64,000 bases of DNA. Origin: Octopus vulgaris. Its lineage: Eukaryota. This document shows positions 41,733-55,773 of this stretch, one piece after another. Both the position numbers and the translations under genes were made by a program. The stretch's first letter is position 1. Every line of letters begins with the position of its first letter. Where the stretch lies: assembly GCA_951406725.2 (NCBI GenBank), contig OX597832.1, positions 49,414,001 to 49,478,000 of the forward strand. Reading direction: 5' to 3'. The notes beneath the pieces were generated by a model. It ran no database searches and was not told where the DNA came from. It worked only from the letters and a program-made list of their open reading frames with translations.

Positions 41733-41891
41733 CGCGTGTGTGTGTGTGTACTATGTATGTGTGAATGTGAGGGCGTATGTGCGAGTGAGCGTGTGTATGT
41801 ATTCGTAAGGTTGAATATACATAATATTTGTATACATGTTTGGTTATATACGATGTATGTATGAGCGCTTACGTATGTATGCATTTATGTG

Positions 41892-41938
<47 letters not shown>

Positions 41939-42070
41939 TCCATTCTCTATGTATGTATGCTAATACATATACATTTATGCATACATGTGAAAGGGGTTGC
42001 TTGTGTACAGTCAAATACATGTATACCTTCGAGTGCGTGGCTACACGTATGTCTATTCATGTACATATAC

Positions 42071-42119
<49 letters not shown>

Positions 42120-42122
<3 letters not shown>

Positions 42123-42226
42123 GCATACGCAGATATACGTACACATAGCATATGCTCACAAAAATACAGACACACACAGGCATACATATACACACTGTTG
42201 CCCACCTGACACACACACACACACAC

Positions 42227-42266
<40 letters not shown>

Positions 42267-42358
42267 CAGGTGGGCAACAGTGTGTATATGTATGCCTGTC
42301 TGTATCTGTATTTTTTGTGAGCATATGCGTATGTGTACGTATGTGTGTGTATGCATAT
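42120..42358. repeat. Near-perfect palindrome centred on (CA)n(TA)n(TG)n
   Basis: gcatatgctcacaaaaatacaga...acactgttgcccacctgac / gtcaggtgggcaacagtgt...tctgtattttttgtgagcatatgc. Confidence 0.93.
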
Positions 42359-42740
42359 GCATACATGCTATTTTCATTGTCATTTTTTTTAATTGCCCCA
42401 TGACTATTTTAGGACCGTTTCTCTTCCTCTAAACAGATTATTCATTATTTTAACTTTATTTTCGTATACATTCTTTCAAAGTTTGTTTGTACTTCTCATA
42501 TTTGTTTATTACTTCTCTTTCTTCTCTTCTTTTCCTCTTGGCTTCTTTTTTTAAATTTAATAAAGGAAAGTGAAACCTCATCGACAGATGCTCTCCCCTT
42601 ACATTCTTTATTTTGTATGATTAATTCTTTTTTCTTTTTATGAAAAATTTTCAGTTACTTTTCCACCATTTTATCGTGTGCGGTTTGTTTTATTCTTTCT
42701 TTTTATGTTTATGCTTGTTAAACGTAGGATGTATATACGG

Positions 42741-42803
<63 letters not shown>

Positions 42804-43025
42804 TATACGAACATGTCGGGTGTCTTGCTTTTGCATATACAAATAGCTAATGTTGATGTGTGCGTATTGAAATATATATACATTGTATATATATATATAT
42901 ATTTCTTATGTGTGTATTTATATATATATATGTGTGTGTATGTGTGCGTGTGTCTGTGCATATATACATACACGCACACACACACACACACACGCACGCA
43001 CACACTCACACATACACACACACAT

Positions 43026-43094
<69 letters not shown>

Positions 43095-43099
<5 letters not shown>

Positions 43100-43291
43100 A
43101 GAAAAAAATCGTCAGAAGTTTGGAAAAAAATCCTTTTATTTTTTCATTATTTTTAGCGCTTTCGTTCCTCTCTAGAACTTGTTAAATACAATTTTGTAGT
43201 TAAGAAGTTCTAGAGAGGAACGAAAGCGCTAAAAATAATGAAGAAATAAAAGGATTTTTTTCCAAAATTCTGACGACTTTTTTCTCAATAT
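43095..43291. repeat. ~197-bp near-perfect hairpin with hammerhead 3'-half-like motif
   Basis: tattgagaaaaaaatcgtcagaa...agcgctttcgttcctctctagaactt / aagttctagagaggaacgaaagcgct...ttctgacgacttttttctcaata; loop of about 2-4 nt. Confidence 0.92.
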
Positions 43292-43327
43292 TCAATTCTG
43301 TACATCACACCTAACACTCTATACATA

Positions 43328-43530
43328 TCTATTATATAAAATCTGTTCTGTCTGTCTGGGTGTGTGTCTTCTAGGATCTCGGGCATCCTCCATCCGATTG
43401 CGCTCAAATTTGATATGTAGATACCGACGGTATCAGAGAATGTATAAGTCTTGAAAAAAATTACAAAAATCGATTCCAGTTGAGAATGCGATCGACAAAG
43501 CCGTGGGAACGTGCATTTGTAAAATCGTTT
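43328..43530 (+). mobile_element. Probable non-autonomous Helitron 5' portion (second family)
   Basis: a|TCTATTATATAAAATCTG-(tctg)n...CCGATT....AAATTTG layout typical of Helitron-N 5' ends. Confidence 0.45.
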
Positions 43531-43597
43531 TTCTTAGAATAGAAAAAATACTATCTTTATTTCTTCTTTTGCTGGTGTCTCAAATTTATGTTAAATC

Positions 43598-43655
43598 AGT
43601 GTTTCTCAAAGGGGAGGCCTATGGGATGGTCGGAGAAGTTGATTTGAGAAAATTG
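43598..43655. mobile_element. Tiny hAT-like MITE remnant
   Basis: cagtgtttctcaaa ... tttgagaaaattg with similar 8-bp flanks tgttaaat/gtttaaat. Confidence 0.4.
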
Positions 43656-43709
43656 GTTTAAATGTTTGACAACTCAGCACCGTCCATTGGACGGGGGGGC
43701 GTTTTGCAC

Positions 43710-43767
<58 letters not shown>

Positions 43768-43998
43768 GCACACAAAGTTACATCACATATATATCCAAGA
43801 CCATCCCCATCATCATCATACAAGCATGCATACAAACATACATAAAAGTATATACACTAATATGTATGCTTGCATGTGTACATACATACATACATACATA
43901 CATACATACATACATACATACATACATACATACATACATACATACATACATACATACATACATACATACATACATACATACATACATACATACATACA

Positions 43999-44029
<31 letters not shown>

Positions 44030-44343
44030 TTCGTTTTAAGCTTAGAAGCGGTGTACGGTACCAAAATTATCGATTTATATATTACAAAATACTTCAGATT
44101 GTTGCTAAAGTATCCGCGTAAGTGGAGTCTGGACCAACAAGTTTGTACTGGCTTTGAGTAGTATAATTAGTAATAATGAAGTCAAAACTAGTGATATTTT
44201 GAAATAATTCTATACGAACTTTTCAGATTTGCATAATATAATGTAGGAATTGCATCCATTGAGTAAGACATGCCTCGTTTAAGACGTTGGTTTATATTTT
44301 TAAATGATTTAACCCTGGAAGATCTTATTCGAAGGATGCATCT

Positions 44344-44387
<44 letters not shown>

Positions 44388-44504
44388 GATCTGAGACGCA
44401 CGTATTAAGTTGTTTCAAAATATCTCTATTTGGTTTGACTTCATTATTACAACTATATTCATATATACATACAAGCATACAAACATACATACACGCGCAC
44501 ATGC

Positions 44505-44790
44505 ATGTTAACAAGGAAAAAATATATTCTGTTGTGGAAATCAGTTGCTCCCTTGGTACCAACATAATTACGCAAATACGAGATAAAGAAAAACATCTGT
44601 GGACCGTTGACGAGGAGTCTGCAAATCTACTATCCAAGATACACTTTCAGCTTCGTACCTGTTATTATTGGAACCCAAAGTATGGCTGAACTTGGGTTCT
44701 TGGGAAGGTAATGCAAATCCTTAATTCATCTGCTACATGTGGTCATGATATTTGGGTCTCTAAAAGTCTGCAAAACCTTTAAAGTATGAA
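44505..44790 (+). pseudogene. Third, diverged RLE-LINE endonuclease fragment
   Basis: NKEKIYSVVEISCSLGTNIITQIRDKE / GPLTRSLQIYYPRYTFSFVPVIIG parallels VVEISCPADVNI...LLRNLQLLYSDYKFRFIPVIIG at 12600-12740. Confidence 0.72.
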
Positions 44791-44889
44791 GCTTAAAACA
44801 AAATGCTTTCTTTTACAATCTTGCTACCAAGTAGGTGACCGCTCAGAATTAAAAGCAGAAAGAGAACATACATACATACATACATACAT

Positions 44890-45058
44890 AAATGAACATG
44901 TCTAGATATGTAACTATATGCATGAGAATACATACATAAAACATACAAACAAAAATACCCTGTTGTTGATGTTGAAATTCCAATGAAGGAACCTTGGATC
45001 TAGGTTAGAAACCAGTTCTTTCTCTATTGCCAAGAAATCTTGAAATAAACTGAATGAT
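44890..45058 (+). mobile_element. RLE-LINE 3'UTR-only insertion in (CATA)n
   Basis: Matches 12900-13283 without the expanded internal (CATA)n; (CATA)n on both sides. Confidence 0.85.
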
Positions 45059-45139
45059 ATACATACATACATACATACATACATACATACATACATACAT
45101 ACATACATACATACATACATGCATACATGCATACATACA

Positions 45140-45310
45140 TGATGGCTGTCCCCTCGTTATCGAGTATGGCCATTGCACGAAGCTTAATTGTTATTGGAGC
45201 TCTAATCTAATGTGACTTTTTAGCCCAGCTAAAGATCTACAATGTCTTGTACAGAATTGGCAGCTAAAACCTTTACCGGTAATAGCCGGCTGTAGTTGTA
45301 ACTGGGCTTC
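45140..45310 (-). mobile_element. 3' end of an RTE-clade LINE
   Basis: Minus strand FSCQFCTRHCRSLAGLKSHIR (C-terminal CxxC...H motif), then ATGGCCATACTCGATAACGAGGGGACAGCCAT tail; inside (CATA)n. Confidence 0.75.
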
Positions 45311-45798
45311 ATACATACATACATACATACATACATACATACATACATACATACATACATACATACATACATACATACATACATACATACTTACTTACAT
45401 ACATACCTACATGCATGCATTCATCACGTTAAGTTACAACTCCAGACAAAGAATACTAACATCTAACACATTCTATACATAACGTCAATAAGCGGAACAA
45501 TAAAGTAATGCATGCTTTTTCTAAACTTCAACATATAATTGTTATCGTCATTATTATCTACATTTACTGGATAATACATAGTTTACGCGTTAGAAAATAG
45601 TTCCTTCCTTGTAGAATAAATTCAAATAAATAAGACAAAACAGGAGAAACATTCAGTTCGCTCATATACATAAATATATACTAACATACTTATGTATATG
45701 GGTATGTATATATGTATGCTATTACATACAGGCGTACTATGATACAGACGTACACTTACATGCATACGAACATAGACACCACCATACAACCATACAAA

Positions 45799-45849
<51 letters not shown>

Positions 45850-46047
45850 GCATACACACACACTAGTGTATATATACTGGTATACATTCACTCACATACA
45901 GATATACATACATACTGAAATACACGCACATATGCATGTATGTCTATATGTGTGTATACATGTATGTATATATGAATTAATGTATACATGTGTGCGTGTT
46001 TATGTGCGCGTGTATATATAAATGTATATATATATATACATATATAA

Positions 46048-46080
<33 letters not shown>

Positions 46081-46349
46081 TATATATAAAGGCTTACATA
46101 CAAACACACAGACGCAGGCACACATACGTACTTATGCACACACACACACACACACACACACACACCACCCATGCACACATATACACACAGTTGATGATGT
46201 CTATTTATAAACTTTCAGTTTGCCTCATTAACTGAACTCGTTTCTATTTTCATTTTCTTTTTTTTTATATAAATTATTTTCGACTTATTTACTTGATCGT
46301 CCGTCTTTAATGTCTTTTTAGATCATTTAGGTTGTTTGTTGATAGAAAT

Positions 46350-46360
46350 GATGAGGATGT

Positions 46361-46423
<63 letters not shown>

Positions 46424-46430
46424 CGACGAC

Positions 46431-46465
<35 letters not shown>

Positions 46466-46472
46466 CGATGAC

Positions 46473-46504
<32 letters not shown>

Positions 46505-46620
46505 CGATGACGATGATGATGATGATGATGATGATGACGACGACGACTACGACGATGATGATGATGATGACGACGACGACGACAATGATGATGATGATGA
46601 TGATGATGACGATGATGATC
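46350..46620. repeat. (GAT)n/(GAC)n microsatellite
   Basis: Direct reading. Confidence 0.96.
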
Positions 46621-46637
46621 ATGTATGTATGCATATA

Positions 46638-46671
<34 letters not shown>

Positions 46672-47559
46672 CATGTATGCGCATGTATGTATTTGTGTAT
46701 GTGTATTTGTGGTTCCGATTACCCTCCCCTCACTGCCGCTTAACCACCGGTGTCGGTTTTATTCACATCCCCGTAACTTAGCGGCTTGGCGAAAGACAGC
46801 ATCAGAACAAGTGCCAAGCTTAAAAAAAAAGGACTGGAGTCGATTTGTTCGACTAAACCCTTCATGGCAGTACACCAAACATATATACATAACACCGTAA
46901 AGACTCTATAGAAGAATACACAACTGCTTTCAACACTTTACCTATATACACGCGCATAGTCTGCAATGAATACATTGAGTCCATGCACATATAATAACTG
47001 AAACGTGTTAAAGACGAAAGCGAACGATAAAGCTTGTACGAGAAAGTGAACCTAATTTGTCAAGGCAGGAAATGACAGATGTTGAAACGTAAGAGGATAG
47101 CAGTGCTAATGAATGTAAGATTGAAGTTTGAGAAGGCTTAGGGATATCAGAATAAGAATATAAATGCATTAAGAAAATTAAATGCATGGGGAAGGAATAC
47201 AGGATAGGAAAATAAAGAAAAAAAAAGCGATTACGTTCATTGAAGATAATAGGAAAGGGCAGATAATTGTTGGCTCTGAGGAGAGTTAATGACGTAATGG
47301 AAATAATATACTGTACGAACATTGCCTCGTTTGGCAACAGTAATTTGTTATGGTGTAATGTTGAAGCTTTTCAAGGGGGAGAGATGTAGAAGGGCGATGG
47401 ATGTAGAAGGAAATGGAAGAGATCCGAGCTAGGTTATAAAGGAGACTGGAAGCACAAGAGAAAGGACTCAGAAAATCTCAGTGTGACCAGTTGACAGCTG
47501 CTTTTCTCTGCTCTAAACAAGAATGCAAAAGAAAAATATCAAAAACATTACGCATGATA

Positions 47560-47852
47560 TAAATGCGCCATGATAAATCGTTAGCCACTACACACATTTT
47601 CTTTCTCTCCTTGTTTTTTTCCTTGTTTTTTTCTGTGTCCCTTTCTGTAGAAGAGCGTAGGCTCGAAACGTGAAAGACTTTTTCTATTCCTGAGCGTTAT
47701 ACTAATATTTTATACTAGGCTCGATGTTGCTTAACTTCGGTGATCGGACGATAACCGGTGCTTTTAACGTGATTTGGCCGTACAATACACCTGTTTGTTT
47801 TGTACACCACCTGTCTTCGTCTTTTGTTTTTTTTTTCGTAAACTCTCCCCAT
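47560..47852 (+). mobile_element. Penelope-like terminal repeat element with minimal hammerhead-like motif, interrupted by a 5S rRNA fragment
   Basis: cttt-CTGTAGA-a-gagc-gtag-gctc-GAAAC-GTG-aaag at 47641-47676; same family as 9438-9610. Confidence 0.65.
47713..47782 (-). pseudogene. 5S rRNA pseudogene, 5' ~70 nt only
   Basis: Minus strand TACGGCCAAATCACGTTAAAAGCACCGGTTATCGTCCGATCACCGAAGTTAAGCAACATCGAGCCTAGT matches the metazoan/molluscan 5S rRNA 5' portion including box A; box C is absent. Confidence 0.9.
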
Positions 47853-47879
47853 ATAAATGTATATGTGTGTGTATAATCT

Positions 47880-48082
47880 TCTTAATCGTTTCAGTTTTTT
47901 GACTGCGGCCATGCCGGAGCACCTCCTTTAGTCGAGCAAATCGACCCAAGGACTTATTCTTTGTAAGGCTAGTACTTATTCTATCGGTCTCTTTTGCCAA
48001 ACCGCTAAGTGACGGGAATATAAACACACCAGCATCGGTTGTGAAGCAATGCTAGGGGGGACAAACACAGACACACAAACAT

Positions 48083-48100
<18 letters not shown>
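47880..48100 (-). mobile_element. Family E SINE, 3' half
   Basis: tttcagtttttgactgcggccatgccggagcacc...ggacaaacacagacac. Confidence 0.88.
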
Positions 48101-48129
<29 letters not shown>

Positions 48130-48199
48130 GAAATTTGATTTAATACTAAATTGAATTTTTCCCTGTAAGCTTGGAGTTATACTCCCTAATATTATTATT

Positions 48200-48250
<51 letters not shown>

Positions 48251-48299
48251 ACACTTACACACACATTCCTCCTCCTCTACCACTCTCCTGATTTTGAAA

Positions 48300-48550
48300 A
48301 AACCTTTCTTCACCCATTTCCTTCCGGTCTTTCAAAATGTGACCGCGTGTGTACCGTTGGCGATTTTTTTTTCCTCTGTCTTCCCTTCTCTGGATCTTTC
48401 CTTCTCCTATGTTTCCGACGAAGAGCTCCGCTCGAAACGTTAAACCCTCCTTCTTTCCTTCTTTCCTGAGCGTCCAATAATACTATATTTGTTCCCTGTC
48501 CTCGCGTTGTTGGGGTTTTTTTGTGCTTTCTTGTTTGGATTAACTTTATA
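48300..48550 (+). mobile_element. Second, related Penelope-like terminal repeat with minimal hammerhead-like motif
   Basis: gttt-CCGACGA-a-gagc-tcc-gctc-GAAAC-GTT-aaac (48411-48445); downstream cctgagcg...aata...ttgtt...cctgtc.tcg parallels 47689-47820. Confidence 0.65.
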
Positions 48551-49010
48551 TATATTGGTCAATATAAAAACAATTGCTACAAATTTTCCTTCTTTTCATA
48601 CTTTTCACTACACTTAACCATCCATAACCTGGATCAATATACACACATGCCATCATCTATACATTACACCAAACATACATACATAACACCGTAAAGACTA
48701 TAGAAGAATACACACAACTGCTTTCAACACTTTACATATATACACGCGCATAGTCTGCAATGAATACATTGAGTCCATGCACATATACACAATAGCATCT
48801 ATGGAGTTTTTCGACACACACATATACATAATTCACGATCACGCATAGATGCACACACATACACATATACACACATACGCGCCATTAATACACTATATTA
48901 TCAAAAATATCTACTTTATCATCTCTAGCCATTATCGTTATATTAATTTTAATTTCTATTATTTTTTCCTCTTAAGGATAATGATGGTGATGATGTTGGT
49001 TTAATGGTCG

Positions 49011-49055
<45 letters not shown>

Positions 49056-49189
49056 CTGTCTGAAGAGGCAATAATACAAAAATGCATATACACACGCGTA
49101 TACACACACACGCACGCTCACACATACGTACGCAACTAAATATGGACATATAAGCATATGTATGTGCATATATCATATGTATGTGTGTA

Positions 49190-50455
<1,266 letters not shown>

Positions 50456-50682
50456 CATGCAGGATTATATTTGTATATGCATACTTACAAAATACTTACG
50501 TGCGCGCGCGTAATTACGTTGTAAGTTTATGTGTATATGCAGGTAGGTACGAAAATAAATAAATTGATAAATAGGTGTTGATATGAAAATTAATAGAATA
50601 GGTTGCCGTGTGTATATGTGTGTGTGCGAGAGAGACAGAGACGGAGAGAGAGAAGGAGAGAGAGAGAGAGAGAGAGATAGTT

Positions 50683-50813
<131 letters not shown>

Positions 50814-50955
50814 TATTGTATATTGTAGTTTTGCCGAGTCGGTGTGTGCATATGTCTACGTATTTATCATTGTACATACCGATATGTATATATTTATATT
50901 ATAGGTATCTATATATACGTGTATGAATGTGTGTATATATATTTATATATATTAT

Positions 50956-50989
<34 letters not shown>

Positions 50990-51490
50990 GCGCACATACT
51001 GAGGGAGAGAGACAGTGGTTTATGCATTTATACATATATATACATTTGCACATGTATATATATATACGTATGTACATATGTACATATATATATGTGTGTG
51101 TGTGTATGTGTGTGTGCGTGCACTTATAAGAGAAAAGCAGTTGAACAAACTGTTAAATTCATTCATATACAAATAAATAGATAATTTAGGCTAAACTTGT
51201 ATGTTTTCATGCATATATGCGTGTGTGCGCGCGCGTTCCGTGTGAGTGTGTGTACACGTACATACATACATACATACATACATACATACATACATACATA
51301 CATACATACATACATACATACATACATACATACACACACACATACAGGGTGTTCGGGATAATTTTGATAGTTTGCATAAAAGGAAAAGGAAACACCATAT
51401 ACTTCCCAAAATAAGCACATATAATATATATGTATGAAAGTCCACTTGTATGCATATACACATACATTTGCTATATGTTCAAATATACAT

Positions 51491-51526
<36 letters not shown>

Positions 51527-51844
51527 CATATGCATGATGCGTTTCTAAGATGTCCTCACATCACTCTCAAGAGTTGCTACACGATCTCTTCAGCTGTTGC
51601 TGTGTGAACACCAAAACACCTCTCGGCATCGTCAGCCATACTTTAAGGACAGATCTACTACTTCTCCTTTCACTTGTATATTTTTCTAACACTTCAATTA
51701 TCCGGTCTTTGTTTTTTCATGAAACCTGTTGTTGTTATTGTTGTGATTGTTGTTTATTATTTCTTCCTTTAATTGTCACATTGTTTTCTTTTTCTCTTTC
51801 TATTTCTCTTTCTACTCTTTCGTTCTTTTTCTCTTTCCGTTCTT

Positions 51845-52330
51845 TCGAGCTGGCAAAATCGTTAGCACTCTGGACAGAATACTTAGAGGTATTTTGTCTC
51901 TCTTTACGTTCTGATATCAGTGGAGGCGCGTGGCTTAGTGGTTAGGGTGTCAGCATCATTATCTTAAGATTATGGTTTCGATTCCTGGACCGGGCGACGC
52001 GTTGTGATTGCTCAAGCAAAACACTTCATTTCACGTTGCTCCAGTCCACTCAGCTGGCAAAAATGAGTAACGCTGCGATGGACTGGCGTCCCGTCCAGCT
52101 GGGGAACACATACGCGATAGAAACTGGAAAACCGGTCCCACGAGCCTGGCTAGGCTTTAAAAAGGGTGCATTTATTTAATTTTTTATTTTACGTTCTGAT
52201 TTCAAATTCCAACCGAGATCAAATTTCTTGATCGATAATATAAGTACCAGTTGATCAATGGGGTCGATTTAATCGACCACCCACTCCTCCAAAATTTCAG
52301 GCTTTGTGCTTAGAATAGAAAGGATTATTA
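51845..52330 (+). mobile_element. Family F SINE with a nested family A SINE (51920-52187)
   Basis: TSD tttacgttctgat at 51903-51915 and 52188-52200 flanks the family A copy; the host SINE resumes ttcaaattcc. Confidence 0.87.
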
Positions 52331-52389
52331 AGGCAGCAAACTGGCAGACGCGCTATAGCATCGAAAAACTGCTGACCAACATTTCCTCC

Positions 52390-52602
52390 ATCCTTTTGGT
52401 AAAAGGCAAGTAATTTTCGGAGATGGGAATTAGTTGATAACATCGATTCTAGTACTTAAATGGTACTTTATTTTATCGACCCATAAAAGGATGAAAAGTA
52501 AAGTTGACCTCGGCAAGATTGAACCCAGAACGTAAAGAGCCGGAAGAAATGCGAAAGCGCATTTTGCCTAACACGCTAACGATTCTGCTAGCTCACTGCC
52601 TT
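52390..52602 (-). mobile_element. Family F SINE, diverged
   Basis: ggtactttattttatcgaccc...aggatgaaa..aaagttgacctcggc...cagaacgtaaag...gctaacgattctgc. Confidence 0.8.
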
Positions 52603-53233
52603 TGGGGATCGACGAATAATGCAACAGTTCAGAACACTCTCTGTCTCTCTCTCTCTGTCTCTCTCTCCGTCTCTCTCTGTCTCTCTGTCTCTCTGTCTCC
52701 GTCTCTCTCTCTCTCTGTCTCACTCTTTGTCTTTCTCTCTCTCTCTCTCTCTCCTTTTCTTTCTATCTGTCTCATTTCTCTGTCTCTTTCCTCTTTATCT
52801 CTCTCCTACTCCCCCATCTCACCTTCTCTCTTTCTCTCTATCGCTCTCCTTGCTTTCCCGTCTCTCCTTTTGTTACACAATGTCACGTTGATTCGACCTG
52901 AAAATTATATTTAGCAGTACACTTGTCTACGGAATATTCAACCACTTACACGTGAATATCATGAAAATGAATTCAGTCGATCAAACAAATAATTGATCAA
53001 CGTCGAGGCTGACGGAGGATCCACTGCGTTGCGTATGTCAGCAGAGCCAATCATTCATTCAATAACCATACAATCAATTAACACAATTTATATGTAATAA
53101 ACAAAAGGCCTAATCAGACTCGCATACACACACTTACACATATTATAGACACATATATACATACACACGCGCATGTACACTACAAACACGTACCTACAGA
53201 CAATATACACACAAACACACTCGTTCACATATA

Positions 53234-54513
53234 TTGGGTTGGCAACTAAGCTCTCGCCGTTTTTTTAAACTTTGGAATTTATTGCGCTTTTAAATTTTGG
53301 AATCTATTTTTTACAAGAATTTTATTTTTGAATCATTTTGGGATCTTTTTTTTCTAGTTAATTTTAGTTAATTTATATTTATTTTCAGGTCATTAAAATG
53401 GAATGTTAAGGTAAGAAAAACGAGCATTTTCGACGCCACCTTCTTTTTGGTTTTAATCATGGCTCTAAGGCCGCAAAAGCTGCTCGCGACATTTGTGCTG
53501 TAATGGAGAGGATGCCATAGTTAAAAGAATCGCTCGTGATTCGTATGCCAAGTTCAAAAATGGAAATTTAGACCTCAAACACGCACCTGGTTCTGGCCGT
53601 CCAGTTGAACTCGATGAAGAGCGATTAAACCAACTTTTGCACGAAAATTCTCGTCAAACGACAAGGGAAATGGCAAAGAAAATGGAATGCTCCCACACTG
53701 CTATAGAGAACATCTTCACTCGATGGGAAAGGTTCAGAAGTATGGAGCATGGGTTCCGCATGCTTTAAGTGACAGCAACAAAAATCAACGAGCCATAGTT
53801 TCCGCTGGTTTGCTTGTTCGTCACCGCTCAGCTTATGGACACAAGCAACGATTTCTTTACCGAATCGTTACTGGCGAAGTAAAATGGTGCCTGTACATCA
53901 ATATGAAGCAGCGTAAGGAATAACTTAGCCCGGTAAACAAGCGACACCGCTCGTGAAACAACATCTTCATCCGCGTTAAACGATGTTGTACGTATGGTGG
54001 GACTGGGAAAGGATTATCCATTACGAATTGCTTGGACGGAACCAAACGGTCAACGCGGAACTCTGTGTTCAACAGATGGAACGACTCAACACGGCTATTC
54101 AAGAAAAAAGACCTAATAGTCAGAATGGAGTTCTTCTGCTGCACGACAATGCCCGCCCTCATATCTCCAATATGACCAAGGAAGCCATTCAAACGCATGG
54201 CTGGGAAGTGCTGCCACACAAGCCGTACTCTCCTGATTTGGCACCAATGGATTTCCACCTCTTTCGATCTCTTTCAAATGCTATGTGTGGAGTTTCGTTC
54301 AAAACTGATGTAGAATTGAGAGCTTGCTTGGATAAATTTTTCGGGTCGAAATCGGGTGATTTCTACCAACGAGGTAGTGAAAATATTGTCGAGCGTAGGG
54401 AAGCAGTTGTAAACAACAAGGGTGAATACATTATTGATTAACTGTTATTTTTTATTAAATCTTATAAAAAAATTTAATTTAAAAAACCCGTGGGAACTTA
54501 GTTGCCAACCCTA
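53234..54513 (+). mobile_element. Full-length mariner transposon (~1280 bp), probably mellifera subfamily
   Basis: TIRs ttgggttggcaactaag... (53234) and ...cttagttgccaacccta (54513), each flanked by TA. Confidence 0.93.
53398..54441 (+). pseudogene. Mariner D,D34D transposase, inactivated by stops and frameshifts
   Basis: ATG at 53398 with TAA at codon 4; motifs SGRP, WVPHAL, IVTGEVKW (first catalytic D lost), HDNARPH, YSPDLAPMD with exactly 34 residues between D2 and D3; ends GEYIID*. Confidence 0.95.
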
Positions 54514-54517
54514 TATA

Positions 54518-54581
<64 letters not shown>

Positions 54582-54882
54582 GGGCTTCTTTCTATTTCCG
54601 GTGCCACGCAGTAGGACTGAACGCGGAACCATGTGGTAAGCAAGCATCCTACCACACAGCCGCTCCTGTGCCTATACAGCCTTCACTTTCTACTTCGTTA
54701 GGATGAGATTTGACGAAGATGTGGTTGCTATTTTAGCAGGTCGACTAGTCGTGTTGCTGTCTTCTGTTTAGTAGATGTGGGTCTGACGACGTGTGAACAG
54801 TGTAGAGTGAGGATAATGCCCAGAAAAAAAAACTATAAGTAACTCGTTTGAGTAATGTCCCTTAGTTAAGTCCCCGTAGTTA

Positions 54883-55260
54883 TAATGGCCCAGTGGTTAG
54901 GGCAGCGGACTCGCGGTCATAGGATCGCGGTTTCGATTCCCAGACCGGGCGTTGTGAGTGTTTATTGAGCAAAAACACCTAAAGCTCCACGAGGCTCCGG
55001 CAGGGATGGTGGTGATCCCCGCTGTGCTCTTTCACCACAACTTTTTCTCACTCTTACTTCCTGTTTCTGTTGTACCTGTATTTCAAAAGGCCGGCCTTGT
55101 CACTCTCTGTGTCACGCTGAATATCCCCGAGAACTACGTTAAGGGTACACGTGTCTGTGGAGTGCTCAGCCACTTACACGTTAATTTCACGAGCAGGCTG
55201 TTCCGTTGTTGATTCGGATCAACCGGAACCCTCGTCGTCGTAACCGACGGAGTGCTTCCA
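54883..55260 (+). mobile_element. Family C SINE
   Basis: Near-identical to the reverse complement of 4660-5045. Confidence 0.92.
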
Positions 55261-55654
55261 CATTGTGTGGTAAACCAGCCACTGACTAAGAGTTAAAGGA
55301 TATTATTTTGGGGTCTGGCTAGATCGCCTTGATTTACATCAACGAGTGTTTGATAAGGAATATTTACAAAAAAAAAAAAGAAACACTTGCTCACCCACTT
55401 TATTTGCGTGAATGAGGAGGCGTGTGTGTATGTGTGTATGTGAAGGGTAGAACTTGTTTTAAAAAGATGTACGTATGTATGATGTCTGTAAAACTTATAA
55501 ACATTCATTGTATCTACAGTGATGAAAAGTAAATACATAAATATAGAGAGGAGATGACATATAAACTATAAATACATGAGTGCTCTTCTACGCATTTATC
55601 CACACACATATATATACAGATCTGTGTGTGTATATAAATATGTATGCATATGTG

Positions 55655-55742
55655 TATGTATGTATGTATGTACGTATGTATGTATGTATGTATGTATTTA
55701 TGTATGTATGTATTTATGTATGTATGTATGTATGTATGTATG

Positions 55743-55773
<31 letters not shown>

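Larger units (their letters stand above)
46871..48787. repeat. ~120-bp direct repeats (46871-46993 and 48666-48787)
   Basis: tacaccaaacata...cataacaccgtaaagact...cacgcgcatagtctgcaatgaatacattgagtccatgcacatata occurs twice, near-identical. Confidence 0.9.
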
